A DNA stretch of 64,000 bases from an uncultured archaeon (GCA_964558645.1 CAZLEV010000002.1:256001-320000); one strand, 5' to 3'. Shown: positions 10,954 to 20,883, counted from the stretch's first letter. Numbers and translations are program-made. Notes: generated by a model not told the origin, from the sequence alone.

Positions 10954-11045
10954 TGTTCATCCTAGCTGCTTTGTCCCGGTCACCTACAGTGCGTGTCTCC
11001 TGCCCTTTTCACATACTGTAGTAGTACCACAATTCTCTTTCAGAG

Positions 11046-11708
11046 CTAAGCCATAGAGAGGAAATAGCTACAGTGTCGACTCAGAATACACTGATCACAC
11101 AGGGGATTTCTGGCTCGGCAAATCTGGCGCCCATGTGTCACTAGGTTGTGATTCAATGAATAGATGCAGGATTTGGGGATGATTGCCTCAAGGAGTTCAT
11201 GAGCCTTCTCTCTTGTAGTGTCGGAATCGATTAATCCCAGACGTTTCGTCACTCTCCAGACGTGAGTGTCGACGGGTAATGCTGCGCGGCCGAATGAGAA
11301 TAAGAGAACGATTGCAGCAGTCTTGGGACCTACGCCATGTAATGAGGTCAACCAGTCTTTCGCTTCGGCCAATGGCAAGTCTTTCAAGTGGGAGATATCG
11401 AGAGAACCGACCCTTTTCTTGATCTCAGAGAGTGCAGCCTTGATTCTCTCCGTCTTTATGCGGAAGAAGCCTGAAACACGGATAGCATCCTCGACCTCTT
11501 CATTGGGCGCCTTCAGCAGTTCCTCCCAGTTTGAGAATCTCTTCTTCAGTCTTGCAAAGGCACGACTGGTATTGACATCGGAGGTGTTCTGACTCAATAT
11601 TGTGAGAACCAGTTCATCGATGGCGGGTAAGCGTCTCGTGGCAATCCTGTCACCGTATCCCTCCGAAAGAGCATCACAAATTCGTTGCGCTTTCCGCTCG
11701 ACCGACAT
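11046..11708 (-). CDS. nth: Endonuclease III family DNA glycosylase
   Basis: ILSQNTSD, HhH LHGVGPKTA, PVDTHV, C-x6-C-x2-C-x5-C Fe-S motif. Confidence 0.92.
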   Translation of the reverse strand: MSVERKAQRICDALSEGYGDRIATRRLPAIDELVLTILSQNTSDVNTSRAFARLKKRFSNWEELLKAPNEEVEDAIRVSGFFRIKTERIKAALSEIKKRVGSLDISHLKDLPLAEAKDWLTSLHGVGPKTAAIVLLFSFGRAALPVDTHVWRVTKRLGLIDSDTTREKAHELLEAIIPKSCIYSLNHNLVTHGRQICRARNPLCDQCILSRHCSYFLSMA

Positions 11709-11711
11709 CTC

Positions 11712-13511
11712 TCATCCAGCCATTGCTTGATGTGCCTGAATCTGCAGCTCGTACAAGGAGTAGTACTTACCCCTCTTCTTCATGAGTTCAGCATGACTTC
11801 CCGATTCAACAATCTCGCCATCTTCGAGGACAAGGATTCTATCAGCCTTGACAATAGTGGAGAGTCTGTGAGCGATGACTATTGATGTCCGATTTCTCAG
11901 GAGTGCCTTCATTCCTTTCTGGATTGCATATTCGGTATACACATCTATTGAACTCGTAGCCTCATCCAGCACCAAGATTCGAGGATTTGCTAGCAACGCA
12001 CGAGCGAAACTCACGAGCTGACGCTCACCCTCGCTAAGCCGCTCACCGCGCTCGCCCACTTCTGTATCAAGTCCGTTCTCGAGCCCTTCAATAATTCTTC
12101 GAGCACCAATTGCGTCGACAGCAGAAACTACCTCCTCATCACTGGCATCTGGCCGCCCGTACTTAATATTCTCTCTGACAGTACCCATGAACAGGAAGGA
12201 GTCCTGAAGAACCAGGCCGATAGTCGCTTGGAGTGAGTCTAGAGTCACATCTCGAATATCAATACCGTCAATTCTGACAGATCCCTTGTCTACGTCGTAG
12301 AATCTGTTGAGAAGACTGACGACCGTTGTCTTTCCGGCACCAGTGTCACCAACGAGGGCTATCGTCTCTCCGGCTTGTATCTCGAGGTTAAAGTTCTCAA
12401 GTACGTTCTTACCCTCAACATAGCTGAATGTGACATCGTCAAACTCGATGTGGCCATCCACATGAGGCATCTCGATTGCGCTCGGCCGGTCACGTACCGT
12501 TGATTCAGTGTCCATGACTGTGAAGACTCGCTCACCACCAGCAAATGCGCTCTGTACGCTGGTGTAGAAGTTAGAGATGATCAGAATCGGCCTGAAGAAC
12601 TGGTCGCTGAAGCGGATGAACATGACGACTGTTCCGAGGGTCACAAGACCTTGAATGAGCCGCATTCCTCCAAACCACAGTATGAGGAATGTTCCAAGAC
12701 CACCGATGAAACGGATGGAGGGAAAGAAGGTAGACTGTGCCTTTCCTGCATCTACGTTGGACTCGTAGTCTGCTCGGTTCACCGTATCGAAGTTCTCCAC
12801 GTTTATTCTCTCGCGTGCAAAGCTCTTCGTGACCTTAGCGCCTGATATGCTCTCAGCCAGGTTCGCAGTGACAACCGAAATGGTCTTTCGGGTCTGCCTG
12901 TAGGCCTCCTTTAGCCGCTTTCGATAGTATACGGTTGAAACCAAGAGGAGAGGAACCACGGCCAACGTGACCAGAGCAAGCTCCGTGTCCACGGTGAAGA
13001 TGACTCCTCCGATGGCAACTACAATGAATACCTGAGCGAAGGCATTGATGAGGCCACCATTGAGCAGTTCACTCATTCTGTCGATATCGTTTGTCAGTCG
13101 AGAGATGACTCGGCCACTTGCAGATTCATCATAGAAGTCTTGGGAGAGCCCCTGTAGATGGGAAAAGAGATCTTGCCTGATATCGTAGATGGCATTCTGA
13201 CCCATCCAACTCATGAGATACTCACTACCATATGTCGATACCCAAGAGAGAATCTGCAGAATCACATAGATAGTTGCTGTCATCAGGAGAGCCTGAAGGT
13301 CTCCACTGGGAAAGTCAACATCTATAGCCTGTCTTAGTGCAAACGGGATCAAGACACTGGTCACGATTCCGAGTACTACGAAGGCAACCACTGCAGCAAA
13401 AGCTCGGGGATATCGTAGGAGATATCCAACCATCCGTTTCAGAAGCTGTGTATCAGAGAACTCGTAGGTTCTGGCCTCTGGCTCGTCCTGTTGGTTAAGA
13501 GCACTACTCAC
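11712..13511 (-). CDS. ABC exporter, fused TMD-NBD subunit of a heterodimer
   Basis: GDTGAGKT, LSEGERQ, ILVLDEA, IAHRLST; probable GTG start overlapping the upstream stop. Confidence 0.9.
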   Translation of the reverse strand: MSSALNQQDEPEARTYEFSDTQLLKRMVGYLLRYPRAFAAVVAFVVLGIVTSVLIPFALRQAIDVDFPSGDLQALLMTATIYVILQILSWVSTYGSEYLMSWMGQNAIYDIRQDLFSHLQGLSQDFYDESASGRVISRLTNDIDRMSELLNGGLINAFAQVFIVVAIGGVIFTVDTELALVTLAVVPLLLVSTVYYRKRLKEAYRQTRKTISVVTANLAESISGAKVTKSFARERINVENFDTVNRADYESNVDAGKAQSTFFPSIRFIGGLGTFLILWFGGMRLIQGLVTLGTVVMFIRFSDQFFRPILIISNFYTSVQSAFAGGERVFTVMDTESTVRDRPSAIEMPHVDGHIEFDDVTFSYVEGKNVLENFNLEIQAGETIALVGDTGAGKTTVVSLLNRFYDVDKGSVRIDGIDIRDVTLDSLQATIGLVLQDSFLFMGTVRENIKYGRPDASDEEVVSAVDAIGARRIIEGLENGLDTEVGERGERLSEGERQLVSFARALLANPRILVLDEATSSIDVYTEYAIQKGMKALLRNRTSIVIAHRLSTIVKADRILVLEDGEIVESGSHAELMKKRGKYYSLYELQIQAHQAMAG

Positions 13512-15429
13512 CACTGACACCTCCCACTGTAACCTTCGCGGTGTCTTCCTCGTCAGGAACGGATGCTGCAAGTTCCATCTCTGTCAGGGTGGAATGAATA
13601 CCTGCATAGAGCCCGTCCTTGGCTAGCAGCTCTTCATGGCTACCCATCTCAATGATCCTCCCTCGTTCCATCATCACTATGATGCTGGCATTGCGGATAG
13701 TGCTAAGCCTGTGAGTGATGATGAAGGTGGTTCGACCCTCCATTAGATACTCCATGGCCTCTTGGATGAGTTTCTCTGTGTTGGCATCAACAGAGCTTGT
13801 CGAATCGTCGAGAATCAGAATCTGCGGATCCGCAAGGAGTGCCCGTGCAATGGCAATCCTCTGCTTCTGACCCCCGCTCAATGTCACACCGCGTTCGCCA
13901 ACAACCGAGTCATACCGCTCATCAAGGGTCATGATGTAGTCGTGGATTCTAGCGGCTCTTGCGGCATCTTTCACCTTCTCTAATGGAACATCAGGACAGG
14001 CGAACGCTATGTTCTCACGGATTGTGGCTGAGAACAGGAAAGGATCCTGATGTACCATGCCAATCTTCGCACGTAGTTCTCGAATTCTGAATCGCCTGAC
14101 ATCGATGCCATCGATGAGGACGCTCCCCGGAGGACATATCTCGTACTCCTTTCCCTCAATCTCAACAACGCCATTTTTGACTGGGTACTTCTGTTCGTCA
14201 ATTCTGACAAACTCACCATCAATGACTCGACGCACCTGTCCGTCATAGTAGATTGTGGGGTCCGAACTGACATCATAGAATCGGGGAATCAGGTTCATGA
14301 GACTGCTCTTTCCAGAACCTGTCCCACCAAGAAGCGCCACCACAGCACCCGGCTCCACAGAGAAATCTATGTCTTTGAGCTGGTACTTCTCTCCACTGTA
14401 GCTGAAATAGACATGCTCGAAATCTATTGCGCCCTGTATCTCATCGATATCAACAGGATCTTCAGGGTCAGTGACCTCTTCTTCATGGTCTAGTATGTAG
14501 AAAGTCCTCTCAGCTGCTGCAGAGGCACGTTGATACATACCCACACCCCAGCTTAGAAAACGAGCGGGGAGGATGAGCATACTCACTAGTGTGATATATG
14601 CAACAAACTTGCCGTATGTGAGGCCTTCGAAGACGAAAGACACACCACCTAGGTAGATGAGGAATCCTATCGCCAGGCCAAACAGAGTGGGCAGCATTGG
14701 CCGATAGAGAGCAAGAAGTCGGAATGCCTCAGTCGCGAGATCGCGGTATTTGCTGTTCTCCACTTCAACACGTGCGTTTTCCCGTTCCTTTGAGGCGTAG
14801 GACTTGACAACCTTCATGCCTACGATGTTCTCAGCAAGGACTGAGCTGAGCTCACCGTATTGGCTACGGGTCTTGTAGAAGACCGGTCGAACCTTCTTTG
14901 CAAAGACATAGACAAATGTGCCAATGACGAGGAGCATGGGGAGCATGTATAGTGTCAGTGTGGAGCTGATTGTCCACATGACGGCATAGGTGCCAACCAG
15001 AGTGGCAAGACCGATGACAATCACCCTGTACCCCCAATACAGGAACTCACGCATGGTGGTGACATCAGTCGTGACTCGAGCCAGCAGTTGACCGGTCTCA
15101 TTGGCATCGTAGAACGAGAGGTCTTTCTCCATCAGTGATTCATATAGCTCGCTTCTCATGTCATAGATCGACTGCTGAGAGGAGAGAGCAGCACCGTATC
15201 GACCAGCAATATCGAATAGTGCATATAGACCGGCCAGTGCCAAATAGAGGAACACATTGGGGACAAGGGCGCTGTAGTCCTGTGCAGGTATGACTTGGTC
15301 TATGATCTGTTCAATGACGATTGGCGTCAGTACGTTGAATACAGTCCCAGCTATTGCACACGATAAGAATCCGAGAAACAACTTTCGGTTCCTGAGAGGA
15401 TAGCTGGTTAGACGCGAGATGTAGCCCAT
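13504..15429 (-). CDS. ABC exporter, fused TMD-NBD subunit with degenerate Walker B
   Basis: GGTGSGKS, LSGGQKQR, ILILDDS; TM287/TM288-like pairing. Confidence 0.9.
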   Translation of the reverse strand: MGYISRLTSYPLRNRKLFLGFLSCAIAGTVFNVLTPIVIEQIIDQVIPAQDYSALVPNVFLYLALAGLYALFDIAGRYGAALSSQQSIYDMRSELYESLMEKDLSFYDANETGQLLARVTTDVTTMREFLYWGYRVIVIGLATLVGTYAVMWTISSTLTLYMLPMLLVIGTFVYVFAKKVRPVFYKTRSQYGELSSVLAENIVGMKVVKSYASKERENARVEVENSKYRDLATEAFRLLALYRPMLPTLFGLAIGFLIYLGGVSFVFEGLTYGKFVAYITLVSMLILPARFLSWGVGMYQRASAAAERTFYILDHEEEVTDPEDPVDIDEIQGAIDFEHVYFSYSGEKYQLKDIDFSVEPGAVVALLGGTGSGKSSLMNLIPRFYDVSSDPTIYYDGQVRRVIDGEFVRIDEQKYPVKNGVVEIEGKEYEICPPGSVLIDGIDVRRFRIRELRAKIGMVHQDPFLFSATIRENIAFACPDVPLEKVKDAARAARIHDYIMTLDERYDSVVGERGVTLSGGQKQRIAIARALLADPQILILDDSTSSVDANTEKLIQEAMEYLMEGRTTFIITHRLSTIRNASIIVMMERGRIIEMGSHEELLAKDGLYAGIHSTLTEMELAASVPDEEDTAKVTVGGVSGE

Positions 15430-15484
15430 AGTATCTTCTTCCTGCCCTCAATCATTGTGTATGATAAGAGTTGTGAAAACTACA

Positions 15485-15916
15485 TCAAACTTTCGGATTC
15501 TTGGCGCATTGCCGGGCCAAGGCAACACCCAGCTCCCGACAGGCATCAAGATCCCGACCGTAAGGATGGTCCTTGACCTTGAGTGGACTCTCTGCTACCA
15601 GTACCGCTCCGACATTTGCCAAGTGCTCAGCAATGATGTCCGGAGCTTCACCGCTCCATCCGTAAGACCCAAAGGCTGCAGCAGGTATCTCGTCAATCTC
15701 AGCAAGCTCTGCGAGTATCTGACGAACCTTGGGCAAGGGTTTCTTCATCCGTGTTGAGCTTCCGATGGCAACAGCACAGTCATCAACTACTCCGTCGAAC
15801 TTGCGTGCCTCAACGAGTCTGCATTCAAGGCCCTCTGACTCGACCCCCTCACAGATCGTTTCGGCCATCTTCTTTGTTCTACCCATGGTACTCTCATATA
15901 TGACCAGTATTCGCAT
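15485..15916 (-). CDS. Flavodoxin domain protein
   Basis: YESTMGRTKKMAE and AAFGSYGWSGEA. Confidence 0.88.
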   Translation of the reverse strand: MRILVIYESTMGRTKKMAETICEGVESEGLECRLVEARKFDGVVDDCAVAIGSSTRMKKPLPKVRQILAELAEIDEIPAAAFGSYGWSGEAPDIIAEHLANVGAVLVAESPLKVKDHPYGRDLDACRELGVALARQCAKNPKV

Positions 15917-16049
15917 CTGAATCAGGACTCATGTGTTAGCCTCTGTTTTCTAATTAAATTGTCCGATAAGAGTGTCAGATTCCCTGTTGTTTGCCCCTGA
16001 AGAAACCATACTCAAAGGAGATTATATACCACCGTCACGACTAGCATAC

Positions 16050-16266
16050 CGGACTGGGTGAGTGAGCCAGTGCGGCAAGAGCAGCACCGAGGCTGCCACC
16101 GAAAACTCGGAGGAAACATATCTCCGAAGGGAAGTCCTCACTCTCCATCAAAGGAACTGCATCAGCTCCCGGAGAGTCCGCGGCTGTTCACCTTGCTCAA
16201 TCGAGCCTCGCTGCCTTCAGCGACGGATACCACCCAGTGCCGTTACCCAGGGAGATAACTCTCTGG
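16050..16266 (+). ncRNA. Candidate structured non-coding RNA, family not recognised
   Basis: TATA-like ATTATATA at 16021; seven mutually compatible nested helices, including a closing stem 16053-16060/16231-16238; intergenic. Confidence 0.5.
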
Positions 16267-16333
16267 TGTCCAATATACAATGAACGGTTCTGCAACAAGC
16301 ATCTTCCTTGTCAGGAGGAAAAATAAACGGAAG

Positions 16334-16356
16334 GGGACGCCCTAACGGCGTTCCCA
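16334..16356 (-). terminator. Hairpin after the 16367-17092 gene
   Basis: GGGACGCC/GGCGTTCCC inverted repeat followed on the minus strand by T-rich sequence. Confidence 0.45.
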
Positions 16357-16366
16357 AAGATGGGGT

Positions 16367-17092
16367 CTACTCCCAGTTGTAGAAGTCGTCATCCTCGGAT
16401 ACTCTTGATGAGAACCTCTTGATCTTCTTCATCGAGCGGCTGACAGCTCGTTCAACTTGGTCTCCTATACGCTCTCCAAGGTTCTCAAGATCTTCAAGGC
16501 CTTGGATCCCGTTCTTAGTCACCAGTATCTCCTTGCCGTTAGAGCCTCTGACAGATACTCCCTCTTTTCCAACAGAGACCATCTTGTCCTCGCTCACAAC
16601 ATAGACGCGTTTGCCGTAGGTGAGGACCAGCTCATCTTCTTTGACAACCAGAACGATTTTGGTGTCTGATTCATCTCTGCCGATGAACACCTTACCATCA
16701 GGCTCATAGTTGCCTGATTTCTGGTCATGCTGACCCAAGATGGATGCAGCTTCTGCAAGGAACTCAGCCTTACCTTTGAATCCAGCTCCTGGGAGATCTT
16801 CATCCTCAGCCGTTCTGGAGTGCCCTTCGATGTCGGGCTTGTAAAACAGCAGCTGCACTCCTTTCAGATTGCCACTCTCGGATTTGCCCACCGCACCTGC
16901 ACGGGTCTCCGCAATGGCATCGACCACGAATCTGGCCGGCCCTGCAAAGACAATCCCTACTCTTCTATCACCTAGAGTAACATAGGACCAGACACACTCT
17001 GGCCCCATCTCGATGATAGCCTTGTCTGTGGATATCGGCAAGTAGGCCTCGGTTGTTACCATGACTCGCTCGTCAATCTCCAGCCGTACCAT
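16367..17092 (-). CDS. Hypothetical beta-rich protein coupled to the ArsR-like gene
   Basis: 241-aa ORF overlapping the upstream stop by 1 nt. Confidence 0.75.
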   Translation of the reverse strand: MVRLEIDERVMVTTEAYLPISTDKAIIEMGPECVWSYVTLGDRRVGIVFAGPARFVVDAIAETRAGAVGKSESGNLKGVQLLFYKPDIEGHSRTAEDEDLPGAGFKGKAEFLAEAASILGQHDQKSGNYEPDGKVFIGRDESDTKIVLVVKEDELVLTYGKRVYVVSEDKMVSVGKEGVSVRGSNGKEILVTKNGIQGLEDLENLGERIGDQVERAVSRSMKKIKRFSSRVSEDDDFYNWE

Positions 17093-17883
17093 TACTCTTC
17101 ATCCTCCTCTGAGTAGTTCTCTGATGTGCATTCCGATTGCTCCGCAGAGTCTTCGGGTTTGCCCTCGTCGAATTCGACACCCACTTCGTCCTCATCCTCT
17201 CGAACTTGGCCATTTGTCAACTGATACTCAACCCTGCTGGTGAGCCATTGAGCGAGCCGATAGGCAAGGCGGCCTACCACAGTCACATAATAGGTACCAC
17301 GGACCTCACCCTTGATGATATATCCTGCGTCCAGGAGAGGATTCAGATGATGTGTCAGAGAACTCCCGGTCTTCCCGGTGTGAGCCTCCAACTCGTTGAA
17401 CGACTTCCCGCCATCTTTGAGGAAGTCCAGTATCTTCAGACGTTCTTCACTGCCAAGTGGGCTTATGACCTCCGCCACACGTTCGGGCGGAATCTTCTCG
17501 ATCTCCCGCTTCTTGTGCTTGCGTCTGTGTTTCACCTTGAACTGGGGAAAGTTGAGACTTGCTTCGATTCCCTCAATGCCTCTCAGGCTTGCCGAGATCT
17601 GCTCACCTAGCCCGTCCATCATCTCTTCTAGACTCTCTGTGAGACCCTCAAGATTGATGGTTGCACCGTAGGGTCTTGGTGGATGAGGGGGACCAATCTT
17701 CTTTGGAGGGATAGGTTTCTTTGGACGTTCATGTCTTGGATGCCGTCGCCGTCCCTCTGACTCCCTCAGTCGCTTCTTCTCTTCACGAACTTCCTCGACC
17801 TCCTTCTGCAGAGCCTCCTTGAGCCTGCGAACTTCCTCGAGTTCATCCTTGATTCTGTCTATGTCATCACTCAATTGTATCAC
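17092..17883 (-). CDS. ArsR-like winged-helix regulator with N-terminal coiled coil
   Basis: LGSEERLKILDFL..GGKSFNEL....SSLTHHL..L..AGYI; acidic tail. Confidence 0.85.
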   Translation of the reverse strand: MIQLSDDIDRIKDELEEVRRLKEALQKEVEEVREEKKRLRESEGRRRHPRHERPKKPIPPKKIGPPHPPRPYGATINLEGLTESLEEMMDGLGEQISASLRGIEGIEASLNFPQFKVKHRRKHKKREIEKIPPERVAEVISPLGSEERLKILDFLKDGGKSFNELEAHTGKTGSSLTHHLNPLLDAGYIIKGEVRGTYYVTVVGRLAYRLAQWLTSRVEYQLTNGQVREDEDEVGVEFDEGKPEDSAEQSECTSENYSEEDEE

Positions 17884-17889
17884 TGATCC

Positions 17890-18033
17890 TTAGACTATCA
17901 TGTATGAACGGAGTGCGCTTGTACCATAGCGACTGACTGGAATTGTAATTTCTTCAGTGTCTGGTGTCAAATGGTTACCATCGCATCCTGAACTTTCAAT
18001 CTCCTGCAGTGCAGTATCGACTTCGTCGCACAT
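17890..18033 (-). CDS. Small 47-aa ORF heading the ArsR-like operon
   Basis: MCDEVDTALQEIESSGC...SYMIV*; lies between a TATA-like box (~18069-18074) and the regulator gene. Confidence 0.45.
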   Translation of the reverse strand: MCDEVDTALQEIESSGCDGNHLTPDTEEITIPVSRYGTSALRSYMIV

Positions 18034-18045
18034 GATTCTCGCCTA

Positions 18046-18058
18046 ACTGTATTACAGT
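18046..18058. promoter_or_regulatory. Palindromic operator candidate
   Basis: ACTGTA-T-TACAGT perfect inverted repeat between the TATA-like box and the ATG. Confidence 0.45.
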
Positions 18059-18381
18059 ACATTATTACATATAAGCGTTTTCATTCGGTCAAATTACAGC
18101 AAGGCCAGCAGGGTCAAAATAGTTTTTACTTGGTTATGAACTCATTATGGATAATCTAAGCGGAGCATAGACAAGCAAGTACCACTCAAGTTGCTCTTAG
18201 AGATACAGACCCAAAATACACGCCTAAAAAACCCTTATTAACAATATACAGCCTCTCTATACTCTCACGCCTTGGTATTGGATGTTTGCGTGGATGCGGA
18301 GGAGATGCCCCCTCTCATCGATTGAGGGCACATCCACGATGCGTAGACGTTCAGCCAAAAAGAGACGGGTGTGCAAAAAAG

Positions 18382-18579
18382 ATGGCAAAGAAGAAGAAAG
18401 CAACTAAGACGGACTATGTAGTCAAGAAAGCTGTACAAGATTTTGCTCGGGCAAATGACATGATGGTTGGATCCGATTCGTATGATGCGATAAACGCGGG
18501 AATCCATGCCATGCTAGAAGGGGCAGCAGAACGCGCTAAGGCTAACAAGAGAAAGACTCTCAAGGCCTACGACTTCTAG
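18382..18579 (+). CDS. Archaeal histone-fold protein, face-to-face/DUF1931-like, with a short Lys-rich N-terminus
   Basis: VVKKAVQD...M.VGSD.YDAI.....ML..AAERAKANKRKTLKAYDF (RKTxxxxD); start at MAKKKK. Confidence 0.85.
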   Translation: MAKKKKATKTDYVVKKAVQDFARANDMMVGSDSYDAINAGIHAMLEGAAERAKANKRKTLKAYDF

Positions 18580-18698
18580 TTCTAGTATATCCGTTGGGGC
18601 GTGCTCTGCAGAACGCGCCCCACTATTCATCCGTTCCCTCTTATCGGCTTGCCCAAGAGCCAGACGCTGCTTTGACGCTAGAGCGTTTGAAGAGGATC

Positions 18699-19592
18699 TC
18701 ATCCCAGCCCTGCATCTTCGAGAAGATAGTCCATAACGCTCTTCCAGATCTTATTGTCCTCACGCATCTTGTTCTCAAAATTGTTGGTGTTGATGTATTC
18801 TTGCAGAGCAATCTCAGCCGCTTTGCTAAAGCCCTCTTCTGAGGGGGTAGAGAGATAGCCGAGCTCTGACAGTGCCTTCATAATCTTTGAAGCAACATCA
18901 CCCTTTATTGTCAAGAGGTTGCTTGGGTCTTCACGGCTCAGAAGAGTCATGTCATAGATGGAGAAGACACGCTCGAGCTCCTCGATGGGACTTGAATGGT
19001 CATCAACACGGACATCGACATACCTGTCAGTGCCTCCCTCGTAGCCGCCACCCTCCCTGACCACCAGAATTGCAGCTGACTGCATACCACGACGGTCCCC
19101 TCCCTTGCTCTGTCCTGCCTTCAGCGCAGCAAAGAGCCTGTCTATGAGGTCGCCTTGTGTGGCCTCGAAGGTTTCAGCCATAGCACTGACAACCTCAGGT
19201 CCAGATAGGATGTTCCCCTGACAAGCGTACTCGTCACCCACACGGTGCCCGGCCCACTCCATGCACTCCTCACCAGTATGCACAGCCACATTCCCCCTGG
19301 AGTCCACGATAGCTACCTGTCTGTGTTCACGTCCCTCATCTGCAGCAAGAAGGACATCCAAGACCTCGGACGCGTTCATTCCACTCTTTAGAAAGTCAAG
19401 ACCCTTCGGGCCATACGAAACATTCGCCCACGCCTGGGTTGCGATTGCCCCGATCTCGGCCTCTGCCCAAGGGACAAGAGAGCCCACTGCAGGGAACTTG
19501 CTCTGTACTATCACTCCGAGGTCCCCGTTTTCAGGGTCGCGGGCAACCATCGAGAACGTCGAGAGCCTCGGGAGACGTGTGTTGATACTCAT
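18699..19592 (-). CDS. DUF1028 family (Ntn-hydrolase-like) protein
   Basis: TFSMVARD, GAIATQA, QGNIL, GGDRRGMQSAA, DVRVDDH. Confidence 0.9.
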   Translation of the reverse strand: MSINTRLPRLSTFSMVARDPENGDLGVIVQSKFPAVGSLVPWAEAEIGAIATQAWANVSYGPKGLDFLKSGMNASEVLDVLLAADEGREHRQVAIVDSRGNVAVHTGEECMEWAGHRVGDEYACQGNILSGPEVVSAMAETFEATQGDLIDRLFAALKAGQSKGGDRRGMQSAAILVVREGGGYEGGTDRYVDVRVDDHSSPIEELERVFSIYDMTLLSREDPSNLLTIKGDVASKIMKALSELGYLSTPSEEGFSKAAEIALQEYINTNNFENKMREDNKIWKSVMDYLLEDAGLG

Positions 19593-19710
19593 GTCCTATC
19601 CACCAATCAGTGTACGTCAACCAGACTAAGAGATCTTCATGACATAAAACCATCCGGGTTTGATAAGATTACGAGAAGAGCTAGATTGAAGAGGAACGGA
19701 GTCAAGATGA

Positions 19711-20064
19711 TTGAATCGGGTGATGGTCGAGTTGGAGGATATCTCAACTCTCACGTTGTGCGGACATGACTGTTCATTCTGTCCCAGCTTCAGAGGAGAT
19801 GCCGAGCAACGGTGTCAGGGATGTAATGGTCAGAGCGGCAGGCCATGGTGGGGCGAGTGCAAGGTGTACAGATGCGCCGGCGACAGAGACGTCGACCACT
19901 GCGGGCTTTGCAATGAGTTTCCTTGCGACTTACTCGCAGGACACTACGATCCTGACAACCCAGAGGGACAGAAGAATGCAGTCGTGAGAATGGGAGTCTT
20001 GGCCTACCGACGAAGACATGGGGATAGGAACGCTCTGGCGCTTCTAAGGAAGACAAGAGGATGA
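19711..20064 (+). CDS. DUF3795 Cys-rich protein
   Basis: CG.DC..C, C.GC, C..Y.C, CG.C.EFPC. Confidence 0.8.
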   Translation: MNRVMVELEDISTLTLCGHDCSFCPSFRGDAEQRCQGCNGQSGRPWWGECKVYRCAGDRDVDHCGLCNEFPCDLLAGHYDPDNPEGQKNAVVRMGVLAYRRRHGDRNALALLRKTRG

Positions 20065-20091
20065 GGATCTTGCACGCGGGGTGGGTAAGAT

Positions 20092-20346
20092 ATGGAGTTT
20101 GATGGTTATGGAACGCCCTGTCTGCTCTACTGCGGCTCGTGTCGCTACTTCATGAACGCGGAATGCAAGGGCTGTGGAACGGAGAGCAGAGAAGGGTGCA
20201 GCATCTACGAGTGCTGCAGGAACAAGAGGGGTCTGAAGTTCTGTTCAGAGTGTGAACAGTTCCCCTGTGACACCCTGAAACAGAGCGTGGGAGTTCATCC
20301 CAAGTGGCTGGAGGATCAAGCCCAGTTTCCGGCAAAGAAATGGTGA
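20092..20346 (+). CDS. DUF3795 Cys-rich protein
   Basis: Same Cys pattern ending FCSECEQFPC. Confidence 0.8.
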   Translation: MEFDGYGTPCLLYCGSCRYFMNAECKGCGTESREGCSIYECCRNKRGLKFCSECEQFPCDTLKQSVGVHPKWLEDQAQFPAKKW

Positions 20347-20787
20347 GAATCGATTGAGGGCTGCGAAGAAGCCGGACACATGTGTGTAGGTGCTTATTGA
20401 TGATGGTACTCTCTTGAGGCCATCCCTATACGATACAAGACCTCACAGAGTCATTCCCAATACCGTTGCTGGGTGGGCCATTCTGGCCTCCTGCGTCTAG
20501 GTTACAATCAACGCTTTGGCAGATTCATCAGAAGATATACCCCCGACCGAGTTCCCTCCAGAACCCCCCAAATCAACGCGAACATAGTCACAAATTGTGA
20601 CTTCATTGTGTGACCCTCCATTGTGGCTTCGCATTATATACTGATTCTGAGTGGTATTCCTTGTGAAATACAATGGCTCTAGCTACCAATGACCAAGTTT
20701 CATTCGAGAAGAAGAACAGATTCCAGGGCAACACCCACGCGGTCAACGCCCTCTACTACGCATACATCTATCGGAGGTGATAGCACA

Positions 20788-20883
20788 ATGGCAATTACTC
20801 TGGACAACAAGCATCCCAAGGACAGCATCCCGAAGAGGCAACTCTCCACGAAGGCTATCGCGGATGCCTACTTCAGGAGATAG
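20788..20883 (+). CDS. 31-aa small protein
   Basis: Strong GGAGGTGA RBS at 20773-20780 upstream of the ATG; MAITLDNKHPKDSIPKRQLSTKAIADAYFRR. Confidence 0.45.
   Translation: MAITLDNKHPKDSIPKRQLSTKAIADAYFRR

Noticed and set aside
16050-16266. Assignment as RNase P RNA, SRP RNA or a known riboswitch
   Set aside because: Partial words (GAGGAAA, GCCACCGAAA) are present, but the required conserved elements and their order are not.
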